DNA of 64,000 bases, taken from positions 6,696,001 through 6,760,000 of the forward strand of contig CATNEN010000002.1 in NCBI GenBank assembly GCA_950097015.1, given 5' to 3'. How positions within the stretch are numbered: position 1 is the stretch's first letter; each line of letters opens with the position of its first letter. The notes beneath the pieces are model-generated. The model did not search any database and had not been told where the DNA came from. It worked only from the letters and a program-made list of their open reading frames with translations. Source of the DNA: Macrostomum hystrix. Taxonomy: Eukaryota > Animalia > Platyhelminthes. The position numbers and the translations under genes were made by a program. This document shows positions 23,591 to 35,400 of the stretch, piece by piece.

Positions 23591-24444
23591 CTTCGAGCTG
23601 TCAGCTGGGTGATTGTTGATGAATCGATTGAAACAGTTGAGCTGTATAGACAGGCCGCTTTGACTCGATTCGTACGATAAATAATTTTTCTTAAAGCAGT
23701 TGCGACTGGGGGCGTCTTGTTATAGCTTTTGGCCCTCTGGCTGACCAACCCAAACTCTTCAACCAGTGGTGAAACAGCAGCCAATAGGAATTGATCGGGG
23801 CCCATCCACCCCACAACCCCACTTTAGACGCACCTATGCTTTACTATTGCACACTTGATAGCCTTTATTTCAATGACATGACACAAGTCTTGCTCAATCT
23901 ATCCTTTGTACATCGGTGCGTGTGAAGCATCGATAATTATATAACTTCACATCTGCACAATGGAATCAAACCGACAAATCTCACCTGGTCTATATGTGCT
24001 CACAATTTTTTAAGCACGTATTTTCTTTGGATTGCGGCGTGTTCGCGACACGAAAGGCTTGAAAATCGACAACCCCCCACTCCCAGTTTTCCCTACATTT
24101 CTCCCACAATATCTGACTCACCTATTCATTTGCTTCCCCCAACCAAAAGTTTTATTGCCCCCGGCCTCAATTAATGGTGGTTAAAAAGAGAAGACAGATA
24201 AGGGATTTCAAAGATTGCTCAAAGAACACGAGACAAGAAATTGTACAGGGGACTAAGGGGGCTAAAGAGAAGAATGGAGATTTTAGAGCTTGGAAGAAGA
24301 GGAACAGACCGAAGGTTTAGAAACATTTGAAAAGGATTCAATGAGCCCCTGCAAGCATGTATTGGCGGGTAATAGACACTTTCTAAACCAGCAAACACAT
24401 CTTGTGATTATAGTCACTGTTTTTGGGACCATTGCTAGTTCCAA

Positions 24445-25200
24445 TATCCTGTGATCCTATTCCCAATATCCTGTGAACCTATTCCCAATATCCTGTGAAC
24501 CTATTCCAAATATCATGTGATCCTATTCCCAATATCCTGTGAACCTATTCCCAATATCCTGTGATCCTATTCCCAATATCCTGTGAACCTATTCCCAATA
24601 TCCTGTGAACCTATTCCAAATATCCTGTGAACCTATTCCCAATATCCTGTAATTATATTCCCAATATTCCGTGATCCTATTCCCAATATCCTGTGATCCT
24701 ATTCCCAATATCCTGTGATCCTATTCCCAATATCCTGTGATCCTATTCCCAATATCCTGTGATCCTATTCCCAATATCCTGTGAACCTATTCCAAATATC
24801 CTGTGAACCTATTCCCAATATCCTGTAATTATATTCCCAATATCCTGTGAACCTATTCCCAATATCCAGTGATCCTATTCCCAATATCCTGTGAACCTAT
24901 TCCAAATATCCTGTGAACCTATTCCCAATATCCTGTAATTATATTCCCAATATCCTGTGAACCTATTCCCAATATTCCGTGATCCTATTCCCAATATCCT
25001 GTGATCCTATTCCCAATATCCTGTGATCCTATTCCCAATATCCTGTGAACCTATTCCAAATATCCTGTGATCCTATTCCCAATATCCTGTAATTATATTC
25101 CCAATATCCTGTGAACCTATTCCCAATATCCCGTGATCCTGTTCCCAATATCCTGTGATCCTATTTCCAATATCCAGTGTTTCTATTCATAATATCCAGT
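24445..25200. repeat. 22-bp minisatellite (TCCTGTGAWCCTATTCCCAATA)n
   Basis: About 33 units upstream of the cpo start codon. Confidence 0.96.
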
Positions 25201-27754
25201 GAACATATGTCTTGTGATTTTATGTCCCAACTTACGTGCGTATGTGATCCTATATCCAATGTCCTGTGAAGCTAATGTTGTAATTCCTTCCCCAATATCT
25301 TGTGATCTTGTGATCCTCGTTCTAATATCCTGTCATTCTGTTTCTGTCATCAGGTGATTCCATTATCCACTTTACTAAAATTATCACGTCGCTGTGATGA
25401 TGAAACAGAAATAGCTCATATGTCGAGAAGAAAACAAGTAGTGCGATGAAGGAACATGCCATAAATAAATCCAGACTCGATAAGCAAATGAAATAATTTA
25501 GCGCACTGCTGCGAACTGGAACTATAACACCGGCGAGTTTGTTAAAATCCACAAGAGCGAAAACTGCAAGTTGCGATTTCTACGCTCGGAGCTTCTTGTT
25601 TGATTAAATTTTTTGCTATTTTTGTGAGGCATAGTTGAATCAGAACATTTTTTTTGCTCAAGTTTGTATAGGATTTTTGTTCACTCGAAAAACTTCTGAT
25701 CATAGGAATGGATATTTCCTATATTCCCCTCTATTCGCCCGATGTCCCGTCTCCGTTTTGCCCTCTGAGCTGCTCTGCTTGTTGGGCGAAAGAAAAAAAG
25801 AAGCAGGTGGGCTGATTCACACGGCCGCGACCTGAGCTTCTTCGCTGCTGCCCGAACTGGCGACAGACAAGCGCGTCGTTGAAAGGGGAAAGAGCTGATC
25901 TCAGAAATGACACACAACTCATCATTATCATCATCATTGTCATCATCAGAAGCAGCAGTGGCAGCAGCAGAGCACAGCGCGAGCTCATCTAGCGCCGAGT
26001 CTATATTTCTGCAGCCCGCGATGTCCTGCTAAACACAGCCAAACACAGCTCGCACCCAGCGGTGAGCAGGTTGCATTTCTCCCTAATTGGGGGGCCGCGA
26101 TTCCTCGTTGAGCACGCGACCAGACGCGGGGAGGGCTACTGTTCTGCTTAGCTCTGTCTAATTTTCTTGAGTTGCAAAAGCAGATCGTGGGGGCGTGGAA
26201 ACACCTGAGCTCTCGCTAGCAAAGCAATTGGAAATCGAGAAATAGCAGCCTTTGAGATTTTTTTCGCTTGCCTAACAATTTTTTTTCATTAAGCCTGTCT
26301 TGATGGATTGTGGAAAAACAGTAAGAGTGGATTGCGGATTAAATGCATGGGATTATAGGAGGCATTGAGAAGGACAATGACGCAAATGATCCCTGGAGAA
26401 CATAAAAACAAGATAGCTAGATTTTGACAAACTGCGATGATGGAAAGTGATGAGGAAGAAATTAATCAATAACATGAGATGCAAGCAGTAAATAGGATTA
26501 TAGACAATTAACTCTTTCGAGTCTTAAAAATGATTCTTTTTTTACAAATCGGGAATTAAGATGGGCATACAAAAACTGCATGATTTGCATCGTAAGGGAT
26601 GGCATAGAATTTTTGCTAGCAGTGAATACTATAATAATTGGATGAAACAGTATCGCTTCCTCTGTCAATATCGATTTTCATTATTCTCAAACAACTTATG
26701 CAAAATCTTTCTCTTTGAGTATTTTCTTTCAAGCACCTGTTTCGATTCACATCTCTTGTGATATTTAGCTTAATATATATTTTCTTCCCTTAGCATTCAA
26801 ATCACTTATTATTGACATTCTAATATTTGTTTACTGCTTCTTTAATACTTGTTTCCAAAGCCGAAGCCCAGGTCGACTATCGTGAAAAGCACACACAGCT
26901 ACATTGCCGCCTTCCCCTTTGAAGTGCTCCGCAAGTAGAATTTATATCTATATATCTCATACTGCTTTTCAAGATACTCGCTTCTATGCTTCTACCCTAT
27001 CCTGAAGGCAAAATGCACATTCATTAAGTCTGTTTTCAGAATTTCTATATTTGTTTCGGCTACATTTCGTTCGCGTTTTGTTCCTATCACAAAAAACGGA
27101 AGCGCGCAGATACAGTAAAGAGCAAAAGTTTGGAAAAGTGTTTTTGGTGTTAGAAATGGAATCGATCTATAAAGCGATACTACTATAAGTAGACTCTATG
27201 AATTAAAAGAAGTCTTGATTAAATCAGATATTATGACAAGAAGATTGCAAGTGCTAAAAATAAGCGCAACAATGATATAAATTGTTTTTATTTCTTATTG
27301 AAAGAAAGAAAATCATTGAAATGCAAAGGTGAAAACAGACGGATTAGCCTGTATTTTATGCAGTAAAAAAGTAACGAAAAAGCAACATAATACGCACGAG
27401 TACTAGACCTGATGAATTCAATCGCTCGTTTGATTTAACAAAATGTCAAGCACGGCAAGTTTAATAGACATTATATGCGCATTTTTCTACAGTAATCTTA
27501 AGCTATATCAAGTTGAGTGTTTATAAAAAAATTGAAAGCCGAAAGAACTCATTTGTAAATCAGATTAGAATTTCTCTGTGCACTTTTGAAAATATTTTTA
27601 AAATTTATATGGTTTATATGTATGTGTCGATATGTTATAAATTACTTAAAACTTCAAACATCGAAGGCACTTAAAATTTTGCATGAGATAAAGATAAGCT
27701 GAAAATGTATTGACTGAATAATGCTTTGCCGTAGCCATCATCGCCCAGCCAGTA

Positions 27755-28577
27755 TAGGCCTAGTATAGTTGTTTGTTAATATTTAATATTTAATATTTAA
27801 ATTAGGTTGTTAGGCCTATATTTTCTCATTCTATCATGATTTTAGGCCTAGCCATCTTTACACATCACTCTAGCTACTAAGCTAGGCCTACTAACAGAAC
27901 AGCTTGTTATTAGTATAAATAAAAGCCTTTAAGCCACCAAAAGGAAGTGGCTAGTGTTTTTATATCAAGGTCAAGGAACTCGGACTAATAATTTTTTTTG
28001 CTAGTCTGATAAGCATAATTTCAATATTAACATGAAAAGCCTAAACTAATGTCCAACCACATCCAACCAAGTGATGACTGTCATGTCAATTTATAGACTT
28101 GGACTAGCTAGCTATTCCAATATTTTTTAATACCTATCGACCCCTTTTTAGGCCTACCTATTAACTGTTATTAGGTTCTAATTAATTAGGTAGGCCTACT
28201 TATGTAACTTAGGCTTTTTATGTAATTGGGGCACAAGACATTACCTTGACCCTATTATTATTAATAAATTCCCTAAATTCCTCTCCACATTCCTCACTTT
28301 AAGTTTTGCCAAAAATTCTAAAAATATTATTCGACATGGTTCCTTGACAATAATGTCCAGCTAATCCATTAACAAATGACAGCTTGCAAGACTTAGTCTT
28401 AGGCCTAGAGCTTAACCAAAAGTTATATATAGTTATTTCTATAGAAAACTATATTAAGAAGAATAATGACATTATCACAAACTATGTATCATGATTATTG
28501 ATTAATAAAAATATTAAAGAGGCATCTATGTATAGTAGGCTTACAATCATATCTGGTTGAGAGAGTGTGTAGGCCTA
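27755..28577. other. Cluster of eight TAGGCCTA palindromes in an AT-rich, CpG-poor block
   Basis: Exact TAGGCCTA at 27755, 27811, 27843, 27883, 28149, 28191, 28400 and 28570. I noticed only one other exact copy in the window (22103). Confidence 0.85.
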
Positions 28578-28786
28578 CTTGTCATGCTGGAGCTACTATG
28601 TTACATAGCAATATTTTTCTGTCTGAAAAATATAATCTTTTAACTTGTATTTACAAGTTCATAGCTTTATTTCTAATTTTCTTACTTTAGCCAGCTTTGT
28701 TCGTTCATCGTGGTTCAATAGAATCAAATTTAGCACTTTTGACAGAGTCTATAGCATATAGATATAGGCCCTAGTGTAAAGTAGTG

Positions 28787-29406
28787 GGGTAATGTATCAT
28801 CAACCAAACAAGAATATGCATTTTTTAACTTCAAACCTAAGCTACAGATTTTCTATTTAAGATATGATGATAAATCAAAAGCCAAGTTATAGAAAACTGT
28901 TTTGTCTTTCTAAATAGTATCTGCTTTTGCATTTTTGTCAAATAGAAAAAAGTTATTCATGTTTTTCATCTATAACCAAACGATGATTTTCATGTATCTT
29001 CAAACCAAACAGAGAATTTGATTTTCAGTTTTAAAATTTGAGTGAGTGGTTTAATCTTATTTTAAGGAGTGATCTATCATGAATTATGTCATTTGAAAGC
29101 ATTTTTCATGCTCTATAAATAACTACATTTATGGTAATTTAATTGGAAAGCAACCACATACAATCTTAGTCTAAAGTACATGCTTAAAAATGCTGTTAAA
29201 AAGTATGCTTTTGTGATAAAAATTTATACTGAAACATCCATATCTTTCTTTCTTTTTAATGCTTCATTGCATGTCATGCCTTTGCTTGTAAATAATTTCA
29301 TTGACATTCAAAATAGTTGTTCTGTGAAATACAATTAGCTTGTTTCTGTCTTGCACAAGACCAAGGAAGGAGTCAAAATTCTTGTTCGGTTGATGATACA
29401 TTACCC
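28787..29406. mobile_element. ~620-bp non-autonomous TIR element (MITE-like) with 29-bp terminal inverted repeats
   Basis: GGGTAATGTATCATCAACCAAACAAGAAT (28787-28815) versus ATTCTTGTTCGGTTGATGATACATTACCC (29378-29406), one mismatch. AT-rich non-coding interior. Flanked by ~120-bp direct repeats (28662-28787, 29407-29520). Confidence 0.75.
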
Positions 29407-30442
29407 TAGCTTTATTTCTAATCACTTACTTTAGCCAGCTTTGTTCATCTTGGTTTAATAGAATCAAATTTAGCACTTTTGACAGAGGCTGTAGCATATA
29501 GATATAGTGTAAAGTAGTGGTCTTATTTTAGCAAATAGCCATGGGGATAAGCAGGACATTATTGGAATTGAACTGTGTGAAACAAAAATTGTCATGGGGT
29601 GAAAAATCATAGTTGATAGTTCTACTGTTAGTTTTTTTCAAACATATTAATATTACTGTTCTATGCCAAAAGCATTTGTTAATTTCAGCTTGTTGCTATA
29701 TGTAATGCTATTTTATATATATTATTATAAGTTTGTAATTACTTGTTTATGAACTCAATTCTAATTTACTCACTTTCTTTACTGATTTATCTACTCGTTG
29801 TCAGCTTCAATTAGAAAGTAATAGAAAAAAGTGATAACATTTTTGGTAGACTTTTTTCATATAGAATGCCTTAGCAAAAGTAAAAAATAAGACTAGACGA
29901 GCAGGCCTGATACAGGTATAGGAGAAATCAGACACCAGGGCACTGTGAGCTGTATCTGGCATGAGGCCTAGAATTCATAATACAAGTGTATAATGCTGAT
30001 AAAGACTAATAATGAAAGATAATTAGTGTAATTATAGTATGTAACTAGCTAATATTATAACGCTTGGCTCAATTTACTTTTAGGCTTCTTGTTCTTTACA
30101 CTTTCAGACATTGTTTTTGGATGCCTAGTTCCCATTCTTCAATTAAGAGTAGTAAGAGTAAGTAAGAGTAAGTAAGAGTAGTAGTAGTAAGTAAGTAGTA
30201 AGAGTAAGAATCAATTGAGATTAATTTGATCATATTTAATTTAGGTCACAGCCACAGGGAGAAGACTTTGCAGCTTGTTGTCTAAGTAAGGGCTCTTGAG
30301 GGCCAAATCAGTAGGCACACTTGCCTATTATTTATCAAATAGTTTTATTATTTTTATACTTTCAGAAGGCAAAAATCAGTGTTCGAATATCAGCAAAAAG
30401 TTCAACTCAGTTACTAAAAGGGCACTATTGCAAGCGTGTGAC

Positions 30443-30784
30443 ATGGATCAGGGCGGTCTAAAAACAACTCAGCAGCAGCAGCAGCAGGCGTCACTTGCAT
30501 CAGCCACCATAGACGAGCCCCTGGACCTGATTCGCTTGGCCCTAGACGAAATAGTCTATGTGAAAATGCGAAACGAGCGCGAGCTGCGCGGCAGGCTGCA
30601 CGCCTTCGACTCGCATCTGAACATGGTGCTTGGTGATGTTGAAGAGACCGTGACCACCCTGGAGATCGACGAGGAGACCTACGAAGAGGTGTACAAGTCC
30701 ACTAGGCGCACTGTGCCAATGCTGTTCGTGCGTGGCGATGGCGTCATTCTGGTGTCCCCGCCCGGCATAAACCAAGCTGCTTAG
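30443..30784 (+). CDS. LSM3: U6 snRNA-associated Sm-like protein LSm3
   Basis: [85 protein letters not shown] matches the LSm3 Sm1/Sm2 signature. ATG at 30443, no intron in the CDS, strong acceptor TTTCAG at 30365, AATAAA at 30860. Confidence 0.96.
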   Translation: MDQGGLKTTQQQQQQASLASATIDEPLDLIRLALDEIVYVKMRNERELRGRLHAFDSHLNMVLGDVEETVTTLEIDEETYEEVYKSTRRTVPMLFVRGDGVILVSPPGINQAA

Positions 30785-31239
30785 ATTGTTCCCCTGTCCC
30801 CAATCTACTAGTGGCTACTATTATCTTCTTTTAAGTAGTGTAGGTCGCACATTTTTCAAAATAAATATCCCAAACTAAGGAGTTGTTTGCTGTATGTTAA
30901 AGTGTAAGTTTATCAGGCATTTAAGTACTACAAATTTAAAGTTATGATTCACTTTGCTAAAACGTTTAGTTTGCGGAAGTTGTGACTTTTACACATAAAT
31001 GACATTGCATCGCTGCAATAAATATACTAGCGCTATAAAATGCACGCGCTTTTGTAAATCACTTTGCCTAAAAAAGCTCTACTCAGGCTGCCGGTGAAGC
31101 ACACGCGCCTAGCACAAATTTCATTTGATCAGCAACTTTTTAACTGCTTGTTCTGTGTTTCTGTGACGCATTATTCAATGCGGCATGGCACGGCCGCAGC
31201 CTTGCAGAGAAGGCTGTGGGACTTGTCTTGCAATTTCCG

Positions 31240-31410
31240 GCCACGCGGGCCAAACCCATAAGGTCCAAGGACTTCTCATCGTACACTGCCTGAGGATGAG
31301 TAAGTCACGGCAGATGTACACCTGTGTGAGTTTGCAGTGCGTGTGCTATTGAGTCTGCGGAATGGTCAGAATCGCCTGCGTCACTGGCTGCATGTCGAGC
31401 TTGCAAATAA
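31240..31410 (+). mobile_element. SINE family A, diverged internal fragment
   Basis: GTACACTGCCTGAGGATGAGTAAGTCACGGCAGATGTACAC...CACTGGCTGC aligns to the family body. Confidence 0.65.
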
Positions 31411-32456
31411 AATTAATACTAGCGCATTGTTTAGTAAAGCTTGGAAGTTTTTCAGAAGCTTTCGTCCATGCGCTCACAATAGTTTTGTAAATGCTCTGAC
31501 AGTTTGCAGTAAACCCTAAATGTCGCCCTGCTCTTTCGCTATCCAAGTAGCTTCAGTTTATTTCCGTTTTGGTGCAGCTCCTATGCATATGCAGTGGTCT
31601 TGCTTCTTGAGCGAATCGATCTGGGCCACGCGATGTGTGTGTGCCGCAGCTGAAGCCTATCGTTGTTATAGCAGCCGTAATACTGTGCGTTCATTCTTCG
31701 AGTCATAGTTCGTGCCTTCCAAATGTTCGCAACAATTTGCTTTCGATGCTTTTCCTGCCAGCCGTGGCTTTGCTGCCAAGCTGAATGGCAGATAATGGAA
31801 GGTATACCCAGGCAAACCATTTTTGGAAAAAATCAATTCGCACTAACTGAAGGCTCAGCTGCTCTGCTCACTGCTGCACTCTCCGCTTGGGCTGGGCCAG
31901 CGAATGTCACACAGACTGCAGTTTCTGGGCAGAGAAGTTTCACCTGCTGTATCAAGCTTGTCGTTTTTTACTATTATGCCCAAGTCTTGGAACCGAGCGA
32001 CTGCTCAAGAGTGTTGAGATAGGCGACTCCCCCTGCCAAGCGGTCATAGCATGCTGGTAGAGCAGCGCTAGCTTCTTCCATGCCTCAGTCTTCCACTGCT
32101 GGCCCGGCCACCCCCGCGCACTGCGGGCTGGACTAGTCAGTGGTCTGGTTTGTTTTCCTAGTAACAATGGCCGTGGGAGATCGGGCGCACAGTTATCATA
32201 CTGCCAAATATAAGCTGCCGCTGCTGACGCTGGCATTCGGCGCTACCGCCCTGACCGGCTGCAACCAGAATCCAGAGTCGATTTCTTATCGGCTTCTAAT
32301 AAGCTTGCCAGCCGCTTGCTCGCCTTCCTTGGCAGACTAGGAGACCAGACCGGAGCCGTCTCAGCAGCTCACTTCGGCTTCGCATCGTCGCGCTACCTTA
32401 TCCGTTTGTTGTTGAGCAGCACGCTGTAGTCGCGTGCCTGCAGCAGCTTTGAGAAA

Positions 32457-35400
32457 ATGACGCAGCGGCTCAGCTTCCACCGGCCGCCGCTGCCGCTGCT
32501 GTTGCTTATACTATTTAGCTGTGCGTTGCTGCCAGCGGTTACTCTAGCCGATTCGGATATTGTCGCCTCTCTATCTGAACTGGCGACTGGCAAGGATGGT
32601 GAGAGCTTCATTGGAGACTTGGAGACCGCTTTCTTGCTATTATATACTTATAGCTCGTATATAGGTCGTGAGTTCAAATCTCAGCCCAACGGAGACAATT
32701 TGTGTGCTTGAGCAAGACACTTATTATCTCCTTAATTTCATTGTACTTCAGTTCGCCCATCTATAAAATGGGTGGCTACTTAGCATCAGCTGGGTTAGAA
32801 ATAGGGGTAAGCTAAAAGTAGCCTCCCCAGTCCACGGACTGAACAGCAGTACACAACTTTTGTTTGCGCCGCGCAATAGCTGCGGCTTTACATCTGGCCA
32901 AACTGGCCCAGGTGTCATTTCCACCAGTCTGTGGATCATAATTTCAACACCCTTTATGACGTCTTTTGAGCGTCCTTGTCTGCTACAAAGGAATGCCGCC
33001 AAGTTTATTTTGATCAGATTTACCGCCAATGGCACAGCAGCAGCTAACTGCTCAGTCCATCGACTGGGAAGGCCGCCACATGGACGCGAGTTACTACCAC
33101 AGAATGTCACAGTATTCTTTGGTTTTTATTTTCTGTGGTTCCTAGCTACGCCATCAAATTCTGGTACAAATTTTATAACTGTACCATCTGTACCATCAAA
33201 TTGCTTTCTCTTAGGCTGAGATTCGAACTCTCGACCTTTCAGTCCGAAACTGAAACTACAATAGGCTAAAAGCTATCTTAGCCTAAGAACTCAGAACATT
33301 CTCTGCAAGAAATCTTCAGACAGTTAGCACTCAAAATGATTGTTAGTAATACCTCCTGGTCGGACCATTGCAATACACACAATTCACATGTTTTTGCAAT
33401 GCTTTTTTAGCCTAATGAGATGGCCGGTCACAATTTTGGGTATAATACGAGTTGTTGTTGACCTGAATTTTAACGCAATGAAAATCAAGTGCACGCGCAC
33501 TCATCTAGAAAGAACAACCCCATTCAGTGGGTCACAGGTAGAGCGGCTAGCGCGATTGCCTCTCACACCAAGGTCCCTGAGCGGCGCGAGGCCACAGTCG
33601 CGGAGAGAATTGGCTTGTCGCGCAATTTACGCCATTGTGGGGCCAACATCTGAGGCACACTGCCTGACGATGAGAAAGTCAGGGCAGATGCACACACCTG
33701 TGTGTGTGTGCGTGTGTGTGTGTGTGCTCAGGAGTCAGTGGAATGGGCAGAATTGGCTGCTCGCTGGCTGCGGGTCTAGTGTCACAAAATGATGTGCCAC
33801 TGCCCGCAGCCCTCCTGCAATTATTATTATTACCTTCATGTCCTCTGGTCACCCGAGTAGGAACGTAAACACAGGTTGAAAAAATTCCCGGCTCCTCAAT
33901 TTAATTAAAAACCGTTAATCGTTAATTTGCAGATTCTATTACACAGAAGCGTAAGTCAGCTTTTGACAATGCCATTCCTTTGTTGAACAGAATACTTGCA
34001 GTACGTGTATTGTGCTTCAGCTGGTGTGTTTTTTCTGCTGTAGCTTCTGCTTTAACTGCCATCAAATATTGCTTCAAGCTCCAACGGATTTCTCGCTTAG
34101 CCGCTGCTGGGCGTTGTTTAGCCTTGCCTGTACATTCGTTCTTCATAAATTCAGTCACGTGTTTGCTAGCCTACTGTTAGTACGAGAATTAGGAAATGGA
34201 CTGGTAGGACAATTTTAATATCCATTTTGGAATTAAACAATTTGTTTCTTTTACAGCTTCTTGACCTGCGCTGTCACTGAGGTGCCAATTCTAATTCAGT
34301 ATTGGAACCTTTTTGCTAAATTAATTTGCCTCTTCGCGAAGTTGTGCAGGACTAAACATAAATATTTATTTGTTAGATCAGGGAATAATTTGTCTAGACG
34401 CCAGGTCAGGAATATCTGACAGGTCAGGAATATCTGACAGGTCAGGAATATCTGACAGGTCAGGAATATCTGACAGGTCAGGAATATCTGACAGGTCAGG
34501 AATATCTAACAGGTCAGGAATGGGTCAGGAATCGAATCCTCATTTTTTCCGTCCGCCAATGTTCTCCCACCCAGAGTGCAGCCAGAAGGCAGACATTTTC
34601 TTTGCCGTGGACTCCTCCCACTCCGTCGGGCGGGCCAACTTCGGCCTCGTGCGCAACTTCATCGCCGAGATCGTCAGCCGGCTGCTGGCCAAGTCGAACA
34701 AGTTCCAGTTTGGAGTCGTGATCTTCTCGGACAAGGCAGACATGGTGGTGAAGCTCAAAGACTACGCAATGGACAAGGCCAATGAGAGGAAAGCCCTGAT
34801 CAAGTTCCTGCGGCAGGACCTATCGTAAGTCCCTAGCCTTACATGCGGTACTACTGGGATTCTAATGGGATCAGTTCCCAATGAGTTCTGTGGGATTCTA
34901 ATGGGATCAGTTCCCAATGAGTTCTGTGGGATTCTAATGGGATCAGTTCCCAATGAGTTCTGTGGGAATCTAATGGGATCAGTTCCCAATGAGTTCTGTG
35001 GGAATCTAATGGGATCAGTTCCCAATGAGTTCTGTGGGATTCTAATGGGATCAGTTCCCAATGAGTTCTGTGGGATTCTAATGGGATCAGTTCCCAATGA
35101 GTTCTGTGGGATTCTAATGGGATCAGTTCCCAATGAGTTCTGTGGGATTCTAATGGGATCAGTTCCCAATGAGTTCTGAGGGATTCTAATGGGATCAGTT
35201 CCCAATGAGTTCTGTGGGATTCTAATGGGATCAGTTCCCAATGAGTTCTGTGGGATTCTAATGGGATCAGTTCCCAATGAGTTCTGTGGGATTCTAATGG
35301 GATCAGTTCCCAATGAGTTCTGAGGGATTCTAATGGGATCAGTTCCCAATGAGTTCTGTGGGATTCTAATGGGATCAGTTCCCAATGAGTTCTGTGGGAT

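Noticed and set aside
25731-25988. Minus-strand ORF with a signal-peptide-like start (MSSRCALLLPLLLLMMTMMM)
   Set aside because: The hydrophobic run comes from CTG/ATG microsatellites. There is no recognisable domain or convincing splice partner.
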